From: Camelus ferus
Taxonomy: Eukaryota
Assembly: GCF_009834535.1 (NCBI RefSeq)
Contig: NC_045696.1
Span: forward strand, 59,274,001 to 59,338,000
DNA length: 64,000 nt
Direction: 5' to 3'
This document shows, piece after piece, positions 48,896 to 62,017 of this stretch. Made by a program: the position numbers and the translations under genes. Numbering within the stretch: position 1 is the stretch's first letter; every line of letters begins with the position of its first letter. The notes under the pieces are model-generated. The model did no database searches and was not told the origin of the DNA. It worked only from the letters and a program-made list of their open reading frames with translations.

Positions 48896-49179
48896 GACAT
48901 AGCACAGAAGGGAGCAGAGAGCAAGAAGAAAGAGAAGAGGGAATGAAACGGAGGTGAATAGCCAACCTATGGGAAGTTAAAAAAGGCTGTTTTTCTGGGG
49001 ACATTTGTGACCCAGTTGGGAATCAGGAGCACAGGGCCATTTGGGGATCATCTGTGTATCAGGGTTTCATTTCTTGTGGGGTTGATCACCAAGCTCAGTA
49101 CTGTAGTCAAAGACAAGTTAAGCCCTGTCTTGCAGGGCTCTCGGTGGAACACTGAGCAGTGTAGCAAGGAGAGTGGTCC

Positions 49180-49385
49180 CTGAGCAAGAAGCTGGGGGCA
49201 AACAGATGCAGGTTCCCATCTCAGTTCTGCCACCACCAGCTCTGTGACCTTAGGCTGATTTATGTGACCTTTCTGAGCTCGTTTTCCCATCTGCTGGGGT
49301 TGTTGTGGAATTCTTAATTTAATTCATACCTGTAAAGCACATTAACATACTGTCTGGTGCATAGTAGGTGCTTTGTAAGTGTTCG
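49180..49385 (+). mobile_element. MIR SINE
   Basis: cagttctgccaccaccagctctgtgaccttagg...tctggtgcatagtaggtgct. Confidence 0.75.
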
Positions 49386-49419
49386 TTTCCTCCTTACATG
49401 CCCCTCAGCATCATGAAGC

Positions 49420-49446
49420 TACAGCACCCATCCTGAGGACAGCTCC
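49420..49446 (+). promoter_or_regulatory. Candidate non-canonical (8-bp spacer) REST RE1 element
   Basis: CAGCACC (49422-49428), then CATCCTGA, then GGACAGCTCC (49437-49446). Confidence 0.45.
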
Positions 49447-50059
49447 CTTTGTGGGTTATCTGTGGACAGAGTCAGCACAGAATTTGCAGTTAGTCAAAAG
49501 GGAAGGGGAAGTCAGTTTTATTCCCCAGGTTAATCTGACCTTAATACATTTCACCATGAAGTATTCATGTGATTTAAATCTCCTGGTAATGTGATACAAA
49601 TCTAGACATGCCATTGTTAGGAAAAGCCACTGTTAACTTGGTTAATTGATTTTTTTTTCCCCACAATGTTGAGTGGTTTTTGTTTGTTTGTTTTTTAAAA
49701 AAGCTTTGGCTCCTTTAAGAGGTTTTGGCAAGAATGAGATCAAATCCCTGATGGAAAATGTGGCCCTGGGGAGGCCCCGCTGCACAGCCCAAGGTGTGCT
49801 TATCTTCACCGGGAATGGTTTTAGTTGTGCCAGGAGGTCAGTGCCAGGTGCAAGAGAGAGCTGCACAGTAGCAGGTGATCCCGGGCTGTTATCGGGGAGA
49901 AATCAAAGATGGAGGAAGCCAAACCAGCACATCTGAAAAGCAATCTCTCACTAGCACTGAGAAACAGGCCAGGGGGAGCCCAGACGTGAGATGAGAGTGT
50001 CAGGAAGAGAGCCAGAACTTTCTTACTGGTGAAGATCATAGACCAGTGGAGGGAGGAGA

Positions 50060-50270
50060 CCACAGGTGTGAATCCCCCTTATCTGTGTGACCTCAGACAA
50101 GTTACTTAACCTCTCTGTGCCTCCTGCACTGTAGAAGGGAATGCTAATGATAATAGTAGCACCAACTCTGAGGGTTGCTGTAGGGGTTAAGTGAAAAGCT
50201 ACAAGTGAAATACTTATCCCAGTGCCTGGCATAAAGAAAGTGCCCTTTAAATGTTAGTTTTCATTACCAA
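50060..50270 (+). mobile_element. MIR SINE
   Basis: ctgtgtgacctcagacaagttacttaacctctctgtgcctc...cagtgcctggcata. Confidence 0.85.
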
Positions 50271-52834
50271 GGTACTTAATTCTCACTGTCTTACAGACAT
50301 CTTAGGAAAGACAGAGCAAGTGGTATATAATAACAAGGAGTTGAGAAAAGTCCAATTAAGAGTTATTAGAGGCTTAGAGACAATTTATACTTACGTAAAT
50401 TAAAACAAGATTCAAATTAACATATGATGCTAATTATAAAAAGAAACTAGATGTTAATGTATAAGTTATTAATAATAATGTGGTTTTATGCTTTAGAAAA
50501 TGCTTGAATCCATGATTTACAAACTTAGGTTCAAGTTTTGGCGCCATTACTTTCTAAGTGCCCTTGAATAAATGGTTTACCCTCCAACTGACCCTCAGTT
50601 TGTTAATCTGAAAAATGGGAGTGTCAATGATAACAATACCTATATTATAGAATTTGAGGGAAATTTATAGTGTTAGTGCATGTAAAAGTGTCAGGCATCC
50701 TTAGAAATGTCAGGTTAATGACTTTATGGATTGATGGTTTAAACTTTCCCCCTTGGATAGTAAACGCTGGTTGCCAGAATCGTGTGTTCTTCCGTGCATG
50801 TTTTGTCACCACATATGGCTGTAATTGGAAAGTTTATGGTCTTTCATAAACAGTGTCTCTAGGGTTTTCTTTAATGTGAGGCTTTAGACGAGCTGCTTCT
50901 GACTGTATAAGGCAACTTATTTCCAGGCTTTAGGAGGCTGGCTGTTGATTATGTTGCCCAGTTCTGGTTAATGGGTATCCCAGTATTACACAGGTAGCTG
51001 TGTACATACCCACATCCATGTTCAAGCAACTTCTCTCTAGTAACTAATGTTAGCTAACATTGTGTAGACAACAGCATGCTTTAACGTGGCGTGCTAGACT
51101 GAGCTCGCTCATGGGAGATGCTCAGTAAATTTTTGTTGAATGAATGGATGAATGATGCACCTGTCCTCTGGGCAGTGAACAGAATTCTCTTGGCTCTCTC
51201 TTTAGTGTAGAGGAATTTAGCTCCCATCATCTGTTTTAGGATTTTGTGTCATTTCACCCTTATCATTGTCATGCTGCATGTCATTTTGAAAGTAACAGGC
51301 CTCAAGAAAGTGAGGAGGGAATAAGCAATGAGAAGAAGTGGGAAATGATGAGGTTAGACCAGGAAATTGAAATAATCGACAAGCTGTGTGCCAGCCTGAG
51401 TCATTCTCTTGGCTGTGACTGGGGGATCAATGAATCTGTGACTTGACACACCTAGGAAAAGGGAGGAAACATTAGAGCAGAAATAAACTTTACTAAGCAG
51501 TGGCAGTGTATGCTTGGTGATTGCAGATGAGTCTTTTGTCTTCCCCCATCATGATTCATGAAGGGTAAGGATTTAAGAAAATAAAAGGATTGTTTTCTAA
51601 GGCTGTACTTAACTATAGTGAGGATTTATAAGAAAATGAACTGCCAGGTTGCTCAGACACAATTATTTTGATGATTTCTTTCATTAATAGCAGATGCTGT
51701 TTTTATGGTGTTTGTTACTGGGCGTTTGTCAGCTCTGCTGATTTTGCTCTGTGCTTTCGGATGGTGACTAAGGAGATGGTTCCTCTGGTGGGGACTACCC
51801 ATTGAGACAGAAGTGCTGGTACAGGTAAGGAACGTGAGTGTGCATAGAAGAGAGGGGACGTAATGTTGTGTTCTGTTGTTGAGTGTTGGTAAGTCCCCGT
51901 GGATACGACAGATGAGGTAGGAGTTTACATTTCTTTGTTTAAATCTGATTTTTTTGGTAATGAAAAGGGAAGAGTGAAAAGACTGATGTTCTTTATTCAT
52001 AGAACGTCAGGCAGTGTTTCCTAGCGTGTGGGGACAACCACTGCTGGTAGCATGTGAAATGATTTCAGGCAGTTACAGGTGTCCCTGGAGGGTTTCTTGC
52101 TGGTCGCTGCCTGGCACTGTCTGGAGCACAATCTGTTTTGTCCAGTGTCAGCTTCTACTGTGTTGTCCATTCCCTGCCCCACCACATCCAGTCAGGCCCT
52201 GAGCATCTCTCAGAGCTCCCCTTAATCCCACCTCCAGTCTCCCTTTTACCTGTCCACCAGCCCTATCTGGGCATCATCTCTGGCCCAGATATCTGCCTCC
52301 TCCAGCCCTACTGGTCCCTCAGTCTACTTTCTCTATCTCTAGAGCTCCTGTCCCATACCTCCTGTCACCCCATTCCCTGGGATTCCTTCCTCCTTCTCTA
52401 ACCCATAGCCAAGACTTCATCCTTCTCACTGCTATGCCTGGGCTAATTTGGGCCCATGGATCCTGGGTCTCCTGCCCTGGGCCCACCCATCCCTGATTGT
52501 TAACTCTGAGTGTTTTCTCCTCTCAGGAGCCATGGTCTTTTCTTCTCTTTTTTCTGCCTTTTTATGTCACCTTGCCATTACCCCAGTTCACTAGTTTCTT
52601 TTAAAAACAATTTTAAGTAAAAGATGAAGTCGATTTGAAATGATATCAAGGAAATAACTGTAGGAGGTATGTGGATATGGTGAAATGGTAACAGAAGTAC
52701 AAAAATGACTGATGTGTGGAAAATGTAAGTGATACGTTGCATTTACATCATAGGCTTTAGGCTACTGATTTCTTCTTGGTGCTTCGTCTGCATTCCTGTA
52801 GCTAACCACAAAGTGCTTTGGACTCTGAACCAGA

Positions 52835-53030
52835 AACCAACTGGTTCTCATTCCTGGGCATATACCAGAATTATCTGGGGCTCTTAGAAAGCATGACATC
52901 TGGTTCCTCCCTTCCCACCTCTCTGCCCACCCCCAGCCACATAAACTGGAGTCTCTGGAAAGGGGGCTGGACATTTTCTAGGAGCTCTGCAGGTGATTCT
53001 AATGACAGCCCCAGGTGAGAAGTGCTCATT
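52835..53030. mobile_element. MER5A-like MITE
   Basis: ctggttctca...cagaattatctgggg...caggtgattctaatg...gtgagaag. Confidence 0.65.
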
Positions 53031-55974
53031 GTCATGCCTTCATGTGCATGCCAGAGAGTAAAGGCAAACATGACTCTTTAGCAAATAACAAAATAAATGA
53101 GAAAATCAGTCACTTCATGAGAGTAATACATGTAGGAGTAAACAAAAGAATGTACTAAGGAACAAAATTTAAAGGAACACAATCCTTTGGATATAATTCA
53201 TGTATTTCTCCAGAAACTTAAACTACAACCGTTTTCTGTCACTACCTAAGTTGTGACTTTCCTTCGTATTTCTTTCAAATTTTTTCTCAGGAAAAAATTT
53301 TACCTGTGCCCCAAGATGTTGTCTGGCTCCAGCCCACCTTGGGTTTCTCGCTCTCCGTCCTAGCTGCCCAGGGCTCTGGAGATGGGGTGGTGGTCTGTCA
53401 CTGCAGATGTCAAAAACCTCTCCTTACTTGATTAGTATAACTCCAGTAGGAGAGCACTACCCATATTTGGCTATAATCAGAGAAAGAAAAGCCCCTTTCT
53501 CCCTTCGAGAAAATAGCTGGGCAGGGAGGACAGTGACTTTCCTCAGGCCTTTGTGGTGTTGGGCTCTTTTCTGGGCCAGGAATCTATTTGTTTCTCACTA
53601 AATTCACCTCTCCCTGCATGGCCATCCTCTATTGCCTCAGTTTTCAGATCTTCCAAACGTTCTATCCAAGCATTGACTATGCTCAGGTGCAGCGTGGGGT
53701 CAGGATGCAGCTGGCCTTCAGGGCCGGGGCTCTCGGGACCCTGATCTTTGGTCTCGGCCTTCTCATGCCTGCAGCCCCTGCTTTCCCATCACAGGCAGAT
53801 GCCTCGTCTTTGGCTTGCTTGCTGCTCAGTTACCTGCCCAGCTCTGGCCCCTGACTGTGTCTGTCTGATTTGGTGTCTCTACTTAGTCCACTCCTAGCCT
53901 GCCACGGACTCTGGATATTCACCTTGGTCCGGCTTGTCCTGTTCTTGTTACCTATTGCGTATAAGTACCCAGCGTGATATGTAGCTTCTTTGTGACAGCT
54001 TTTATGACTTGTTCCTTCCTTTCTATGGTTGGCGGGGAGAAAGAAGAGCATAGCATGTGCATGAAAAGCCTGCAGGCTGGTTCTCCTGTGCTGAGAATTT
54101 TCTAACTAGAGGAGGTTAGGTTGTAATCACCTTCTGATTTGAGCTGAATATCCATATAATGTGACTTAAAGAAGTCACTTTAAGTTAGCTTTTTAAGCCA
54201 CAAGTAGATATCTCTTATTCAGTTGGCTTTTGGCACAAGACCACTTTCCTAAAGGGAGCAGGCCTCTTATTCGATAAACAATTTAAACACAGCACCTGTT
54301 GAAATGCCATCCCAGGACAATTCCCTGTTGCTCCACACCAGAACCTCCTCAGCAACCTTCATATTTTCCTATGCTTCTGTTTGAGATGCCCTAAGCCTCC
54401 CCTTCTTACAGTTAATCCACATCCTTCCCTTTCCAAATCTTGTAATCCCTATGTCCTCCAGAAAAAGCTCCCCCAATTAATCATACCTGATTCTGTTCAG
54501 AGACATATGGGCACTTGAGGTGGAATGCCGGTGTTTTGTGATTCACAATGTGCTCCTGTGGGTGGCAGTAGGACGCGCCTTATCAGGAGGTGCGAGCCTT
54601 GAGGGAGTTAATATGCGTGACTGGTGCCTGGAGCAAATAAGTGCTCAGTAGGAGCATGCTGCCCTCTCAGATTTCTGTCGCTTTTAGGAGCTTAGTTTCT
54701 TCAGGAGGTCCTTCCCGAGAAGCACCTCCAGAAGCAACTAAGAGAGTAGAGCTTCCCTGAGGGCAGGTCCTTGTCCCATCATCCCTTTGTATTCTCACCC
54801 AGACCCCTAGTTCAAGTTGTATCCTATTAGGAAACCCAATAAATAGAGCTAACAGAGTATCTGAACTCTCCAGGGAATTCATAGACTGTGCTGACTATCA
54901 CAGAATTGTTGGTGGCGGGAGAGGGGGAAGGGAAGAAAACTGCAATGATTTGACAGTTCCAATATCTTATCCCCCTTGGTCCTGACCATGTCTCTCTGAG
55001 AGAATTTACTTTAGTTCCCATTTCACAGATAGGAAATAGGGTCATAGAGGTTAAAGACTTTGCTAAAGTTGCAGAGCTGCGATAAGAAGAATCAAGATCC
55101 AGGACCCCTGACTCCTACCTGGGATGAGTTCTCTCCTCTACCTGCTGCTGTACAGGTGGGAAGATCCCCATCTTTCTCTCTGGCATACATGTTAAATGGG
55201 GGTATCTGCCCACCTCCTCTGTTGGCAGAAAGTAGAGTGTCTCGCCAGGATGTTTTGTCTGTGGTGTGAGATCACCAGCCAAGATATATCTAGGCCAAGT
55301 CCTGGGGGAAGGACACCGATAGCTGTGCTGTGAGGCCCCAGTGTGGTGTTTCTATCCAGTGGGGTGGAGGTGACTGTCATGTGAGAAAAGTAAAGCAAAC
55401 ACCTCCCTGGTCATGGCACAGCCTCCCAGCACCTGTTCTCCTGTTGTGGCGTTTTCAGTGATTGCTCAGAGCTGGGGGCCATTGGGGCAGCTGTGTCCCC
55501 GGATGTCAGAAAGCCAACTATGGATTCCCGGTGTAGGTGGGTTTGCTCTTCACCTTGTGGATGTAGGTGACGTGTTACCAAAGAAATTGTCAAAGCGATA
55601 AATAGTACTGTTATTATTAGTGGCAATAGTGACAGTATCTATTAAGGGCCCCAGGAGTAGTAGGGAGTATTTAGGAGTAGGAAGTAGGATTCTGCCCTCA
55701 GGGAAATTCAAACTCCTGAAAGATCAAGAACCAGCAATAACTTCTCTGAGTCTCTCTTGGCTCTTCTATCAAATGATGGATGAATTATAAGGAATATCCC
55801 TTCTAGGTGTAATATTCATGGTTCTACATGGACAATACCTGCAACACCTGCAAAGTAATACACCCACAACATATCTGTGTGATCCCACAAGGTATTATTT
55901 CATGTTGAAATGCTAGATGAGCGCCATGAATGCACAAGGGGGGAGACATAGTTGGGTCTGAAGGAAAGAGGAAA

Positions 55975-57200
55975 TGCTCACTCATTCATCAAACATCTTC
56001 TGAGGACCCATTATATGCTGTGCCCTATTCAAGGCTCTAGGAATTCAATGCTGAAGAAGACAGTGTTTGTGTCTTCACAGGCTTTAAAGTTTAGTGGGGG
56101 AAATAGACAATAACAAATAACACAGTAAATAACACAGTGGCAGGTAGAATAAACAGAGAGAACTGACTTGAGCTTTAGCAGTGTTTAATGATGAGAATGG
56201 AAGGCAGAGAGTACAGACTGCCCGGAGCATCTGTGTCGTAAGAGTTAAGTTTAGAGAGAGAGGTTGGGGTCGCCTTGTGAAGATTCTTGCTTGCATATCA
56301 AGTTAAAGGCAAATATTGGCAGAGCAGTAGCATTTAATTTTTAAAAAATGTATTGAACAATTCCCATGTATGAGGCAGTAGGTCAGGTGCTGGGAATACA
56401 AAGACGTATAACGTGGTGTAACAAACTTCCCGCTTCCTTCATGCGAGGCATGATTTTGAGTCATCTACCCCAAAGTGATAGTGGAATTGATATTAGCTCA
56501 GGAAAGACAGTGTAGGGGAAAATATGACTAGTGTAGGTTGGTTTTGGACAGTGTGGACTTGGGGAGACAGTATCCAAGGAAGAGAATTCCTAAGGGTAGG
56601 AGGAGGGCCAGGATACAGTAAATCCATGGCAGTAGAGGAGAAGGGCCATTTCCCATCTGCAGGAGACAGAGGAGTTTGGTGACAGAAGGCATTGGTGACT
56701 ACTCACAGCATTGTTTCAGCAGCCTCGAGGAGGAGAAGACAGATTGTGGTGGGAGGCGGTGGTGAAGATGAGGCAGCAGCCAGCACATATTGTTTGTTTG
56801 AGAAATATGTCAGAAAATGCGAGGTAAAAATAGAATGGTGGTTGGTGGGACATTGGGGTCAAGTGGTGGTTTTGTTAAAGAAGGGAAGCCTGAGTGTGTT
56901 TGAGGCTGGGGAAGCAGGCTGATGCCAGAAGTTTGAAAATGATGAGCAGAAATGGGTTTATTAATCCATTCAGTAAATATTCACTGAGCACCAACAGTGT
57001 TCCAGGGACTGCACTGTTTGCTGGGGGTACAGCATGGATAAAGCATGAAGTCTTCATGGAGTCTGCATTCTGATGAGTGAGGCAGACAACAAGTAAGTCA
57101 AGCAACAGCTGAATCCGTAAGAAGAGCTTGTGGTAAGTGCTGTACGTGCAGCAATGACCTGGAGGAGGTAGGGGTGGGTTGACTAAAAAGTGCAGATGGA
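55975..57200 (-). mobile_element. Cluster of L2 LINE fragments
   Basis: Repeated cattcatc/cattcagtaaatattcactgagcacc 3' signatures, each followed by purine-rich L2-like sequence. Confidence 0.6.
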
Positions 57201-59863
57201 AGTGGAAGACTGGAGGAGGGAGAAATGCTTCCTCACTGGAAGGAAGGAAGAAGGGGGTGCTTTGAGTGCTATTTTTAAGTAGGAAAAAGGAAAAATGAGG
57301 AAATGCAGTTCAGATGGCCTTGATATTCTTAGCAAAAGAGTAGGCAACGTCATGGCTGAGACTGGAGAGGTGGGTAGTTCAAGACTTTGGATAGGTTCTC
57401 ACCTGCTTCATTCAAGCCTCCAACAGCCCTGTGTGCAGGGCATGTTATTCTCATCATATAAGGGAGATAGCTGAGGGGACTCAACTAGAAAGTGTAGGGG
57501 CGAGAATAGGTCTATCACCTGGACACTCAGCCACTGAGTAGCTCAGAGGGGACCGCTGATGAGTGGAGCCTGTTGGTCCCTTCAAGAGATCAGTCCCTGC
57601 CCCACCCCCTTGTTCAAAACCCTTGACTGGTCCCTGTGGGAAACCCCTGGAGTGGAGATGACACCTGTGCAGGAACTGTGTTAAATACTGATAAATCAAG
57701 CCATCAGCACATGCTTACTGTTAAGCACACTGTCCTTGTGAGTATTTGGATTTTTAAGGATTTAGAGAGAGCAAGGGAAAAGGGCATTCGGGGTGAGAGA
57801 AAATGCAGTGCAAACACTCTAGTGATTCAGAGAAAAGGTGTAATCAGAGAAGGATGGGGCTTTATCAGATAAAAAGGACATTTACTGGTTCAAGAGATGG
57901 CGTAGAGTCAAATAAGATCAGTGGTGAGTAAGGAGAGGTTCTTTATATTTCATCCTCTTTGCCTCCATAATTGCACCCCCAGCAGAAGAAAAAAGAGACA
58001 GAGTTGGAAGAGACCTCTCATTTAAGAGAGGAAGAAACTGAGCCCAAAGAGATGATTTTACTTCCTAAAGTCATATAGTTAGTTGTTGCCTGAGCCTACA
58101 TTTGAAGCAAGGATGCGAAAACTCCTAGTTGAGGCCTCTTTTCATCATAGTCCCCTGTAGTTTGAATTCAGCTGTGCCCCTTTAACATGCTCAGCAGCCC
58201 TGATAGAGTTATTGTATGTAGAAGAATGGACAGACTGGAGAATTCATGGATTTGAGAGGTATCTAGTTTGGATTTGGCTTTTTAAGGCTCTAGGAAAAAT
58301 TTCTAAGAAGCCCAATAGCTGGGTTGTATTTCTTTCTCTATCCTCCCTTGTTATTATCATGAAAAATAAGCAGAGTGGAGTTGAAAGTGGCACCTCCTGG
58401 CTCTGCCTGTCCATTGCAGAATCATGCTCTAAAGAACCCAGCCCAGAGCGAAAGCAGAGGAGTGTCTTCTTTATAAACTCAGGCCAGGAGGAAGGACTGG
58501 CATGGGGCTTTTAATCTACATTCATGCCAAATGAAATCTGTTAGATGGGATAATGAGCTCCATATTTTACAGACTATTTTAAGCCTATCTCAAAATAAAG
58601 TACAGGGCTAGGGGTGGAGGAAGGACGTAAGTCTTGGAGACAAAATGCCATGGCTTACTCATCAGTGTTTTCATTTTAATGATCCCAACCCCAGTACAAG
58701 TCCCTCAGTGACACTGTAATGGAAACCACATTTTTTTTTTCCCTACTGGAAATTTCAGTATGAACACAGCCAAATGCTTCAAGGCATAATTAAGGTTACA
58801 AACTCCTATCCCCAGTAATACACAGACCTTTCACCCCAGGGGGCTCAGCTAGAGATGATGTGGTTGGAAAGCAGTTGAAATTATAGAGACATTTCTTCCG
58901 CCAATCTCTGGCTCACCACAGCTTCTTTTCTGGGCCTACCTCCCCCTCTCCCTGCCCAGTCCCTCCTCCCTGCCTTCCTCTTAACCGCTGCTTCATCCTT
59001 GGGAAGGAATAAACCAACACATAAATAAATAACCCCAGTATTGACTCCTTCCCTGCCACAAGAAGAGAATCTCAGACAGATACTGATGGCTCTGCAGGAG
59101 GCGGGACAGGGCTGGTAGAGGTAGCACATACATGGAATGTGGGGCAGCCAAGGGAGCCTGCCAGTAGGTGTGGGGTACTGGGAGGGGAAGGTGTATGTGT
59201 CATCAGTAGGTATGGGAGGAGGTGAGGAATGTTCTGCACATTACAGGTTGGAAAATCCACCTCATAGGAGGGTCTTGAGGACCTAAGAGAACAAGGTGGC
59301 CCCTTCTTCTGTGTCTGAGCATGATGGGTTGAGAGCTCTCTGTTTGCATCTCCTTTGCCTTGACAAGCTTTCTGAATCTACAAAGATCAAAGTTAAGAAA
59401 CTTGGCATGGCCAAATGGATTACGTGGGCTTATTTTTTTCCCCCATCGTAACCACATCTGAACACCTGGAATGTATAAGATAGTGGGAGCCCTTAGTGTG
59501 TGTATACAAACGTCCCATCTTATCCAGTAGGGGAGGCTCTGGTTAGCACAGGAACAAAGGAAGGACTAGGATATTTTCCCCCTGGCTGCCTTGGTCCCAT
59601 ACTCTGCCCCTGACAATGGATGATTCTGGGAAAGACTATGATGAGACCCAGCTAGGTGCTCTGCTTGGCTCCTTAGAGACCATATCACTGCTCCATTTCT
59701 CTTCTTACTATCCCCATCACTAAACGGCAGATAGTCAAGTTCATAACGTCGCCTTCAGGAAGATGTTTTAATGAGTACATTCTCCATTCATCTGTCTAAC
59801 AAGTATTAAATACCTCTCTGAGCCTCAGCTTCCTCATTTGAAGGATTAGGGTGATATCTGTCT

Positions 59864-60256
59864 GTGGTATTCATAAGAGCCATCCACTAAATATTTCCAG
59901 CTCTGCACCTTCCAGGCACATGGTAAGATTACACTTCCCTACATCTTTGGCCGTGTGACTTGCTTTGGCCAATGAAATGTGAGCAGAGTCAGGTGTTTCA
60001 TTTCTAAATGGAAGCTTTAAAAGCTTTAAAAGTAAAATACTATTTACTTCATTCTTTCACTGTTTCAGCGATTGCAGGAACTATGTTGGGATAAAGACTC
60101 CATCAGCCTGGAACCCTGAGTAACTGTGAGCACAGCCCTCTGCTGAATTATTTTGAAGATGTAGTATGAGCAAGAAATAATTATTTTTTCTGTTAAGCTA
60201 CTGACATTTTGAGATTCTTTGTATCCATAAGCCTATAAGTCTCTATTGACTGATAA
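59864..60256 (+). mobile_element. MaLR solo LTR (MLT1I-like) inserted in a MIR
   Basis: tgtggt...gtgtgacttgctttggccaatgaaatgtgagcaga...atgagcaagaaataa...tgactgata. MIR halves flank it at about 59808-59860 and 60258-60345. Confidence 0.8.
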
Positions 60257-60364
60257 ATACTACCTTATATGGCTTTGTGGGGAATTAGACAAGATTGAAA
60301 TCTATATGTAGTGCCTGCCACAAAGTAGGCATTCAAGAAATGGAGGATACTTTATTCTCACCAT

Positions 60365-62017
60365 GAATATCATTGAGGGTGCTTTTGGCTGCAGGTAACT
60401 GAACCCAAACTCAAAATGGCTTAAACAATAAATAATTATCCTTCTCCTTTTTTACTACTTCTTTTCCTGCTTCTTAACAAGAAGTTCAGAAGTTGGGCCA
60501 TTAAATCAGAGGCTCAATATCATGACCAGATTTTCTCTTATTTAGTCTGCTTGGGTTCATTAGATTTCTTACATCTATAGATTGTTGCATTTCATCAATT
60601 TTGGAAAATTCTCAGCCATTATCTCTTTTCTTTCCTGTCTCTCCTTTCAGGATACCAATTGATTAAAATGGAAATTTCTTGAATTTGAATCCATTTTGAA
60701 GTTGATTGAAGGTGAAACTTCTCACTGTATCTTCTATATTTCTTATCATTCTATATTCTTCATATTTTTATCTCTCCATGATGCATCCTAGATAGTTTCT
60801 TCTGATTTCTATTCCATTTTATTAATTCTCTATTCAGCTGTGTCTAATCTGCAGTTAAATTTGTTCATTGACTTCTTAATTTCAAGTATATTTTTCAGTG
60901 CTAGAATCCCTACTTAATTCCTTTTCAAGTCACTTTAAAGTTTTCAGTTTAATAAAATATCTTTTAAACTTATCTTTTATTTTGAACATAGTAAGTATAT
61001 TTGCTTTATAGTCTCTATTTGATAATTCCAATATCTGAAGTCCTTGTGGGTCTGTTTCTGTAGTCTGCTGTTTCTGATGGTTCTTGCTCATGCTGTTTTT
61101 TTCCTTATGCTATCTTCGATTGTTTTCTGGCTGTTATTTTTGAAAAAAGATTTTATGAGAATAATTTGAAGACTTAAATGCTAACTTTCTCCTGCGGTGA
61201 TCATTCATTTTCTTTTGCCAGACTCCTAGGGATACTGTTAGCCCATTTCCACCTTAACCCACGTTCAATGCTTGAGGTTCCTTGGACCCAGATTACAGGC
61301 AGCTGTTTTACAAGTTTTCATGAGAGCTGGCTTGTTTCTAGATTGGCTTTACCTTGAAGGTGAAGTCCTCTATCTAGGAGGAAGCCCAGTTTAAAGTGGG
61401 GTGTTATTTATCAGAGCTCCTTCCTTGGGCTGGCCCTGAGCTTTGATTTCTGCTCCCCTTGCCCATTCTGGCTGCCAGAAGAAGCACGGCTTAGTTTTGG
61501 CGCTATTTCTTGCAGATTGGCAAATGCTCTCAGGGCCAAAGCTGCATTGTGGTTTGAGCTAACTTCTTTGGAGTGTCACCTTCTCCTAGGTTTTGGCTTA
61601 ATAACTTAGCTCTTTAATGCTTCTAAGAAGGTTTAAAAAACCCACAGACTTTTTTCAGTGGGAGGTTGGTCCTAGGTGCCCAGCCAGCCGTTGCAAGAAA
61701 TGAAGGTCCCAGGACCCTATTTCTTTACATCCTTCTATTCCTTATAGTCCCAAGATAGCTGCCACAACTCTGCATGTCTCATGGAGAACTGAAAACACCT
61801 GAAAGAGCCTGTTTTTCTTGTATTCCTAAACAAGTTACTGGGAAAGGGATGTCATTTCCATGATTAGAGTAACATAATTAAGATTTACTCTATGGGGCTG
61901 GAAGTGTCTCTGCTTCCCCTGAAGCACACAGCTACTTGACTCCTGAACACAATCTAGGTACTATAAGCCAGGAAGAAGTAAATGGGTGCTCAGCAGGCAA
62001 CCAGCAGTATCTGTCAT
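60365..62017 (-). mobile_element. MaLR LTR (MLT1K/J-like) split by an old L1 fragment at about 60525-61705
   Basis: ttttggctgcaggtaac...ggcttaaacaataa on the left and caagatagctgcc...ggcaaccagcagtatctgtcata on the right. The middle contains L1-like tcaattttggaaaattctcagccattatc. Confidence 0.65.

Noticed and set aside
48752..48957. Continuation of the + strand ORF beyond DRG (IPGGERMNMR...THTHTH)
   Set aside because: Read-through into the intron and microsatellites. Kalirin similarity stops at the GT donor.
48570..49004. Minus-strand ORF with an apparent acceptor near 48758 and an Arg-rich peptide ending LARSLF
   Set aside because: The CpG richness is fully explained by the sense-strand KALRN exon 1C and its promoter. 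The peptide resembles nothing I recognise.
51330..51480. Strong minus-strand acceptor with CTAAT branch point near 51452
   Set aside because: An isolated signal: all frames stop quickly and no donor or antisense gene model is supportable.
51761..51830. Two good-context ATGs followed by a strong phase-1 donor (CAG|GTAAGG at 51824) after exon 1C
   Set aside because: An in-frame TGA (MVTKEMVPLVGTTH-stop) precedes the donor, so it cannot supply a Kalirin N-terminus here. At most a non-coding or decayed exon, with no further support.
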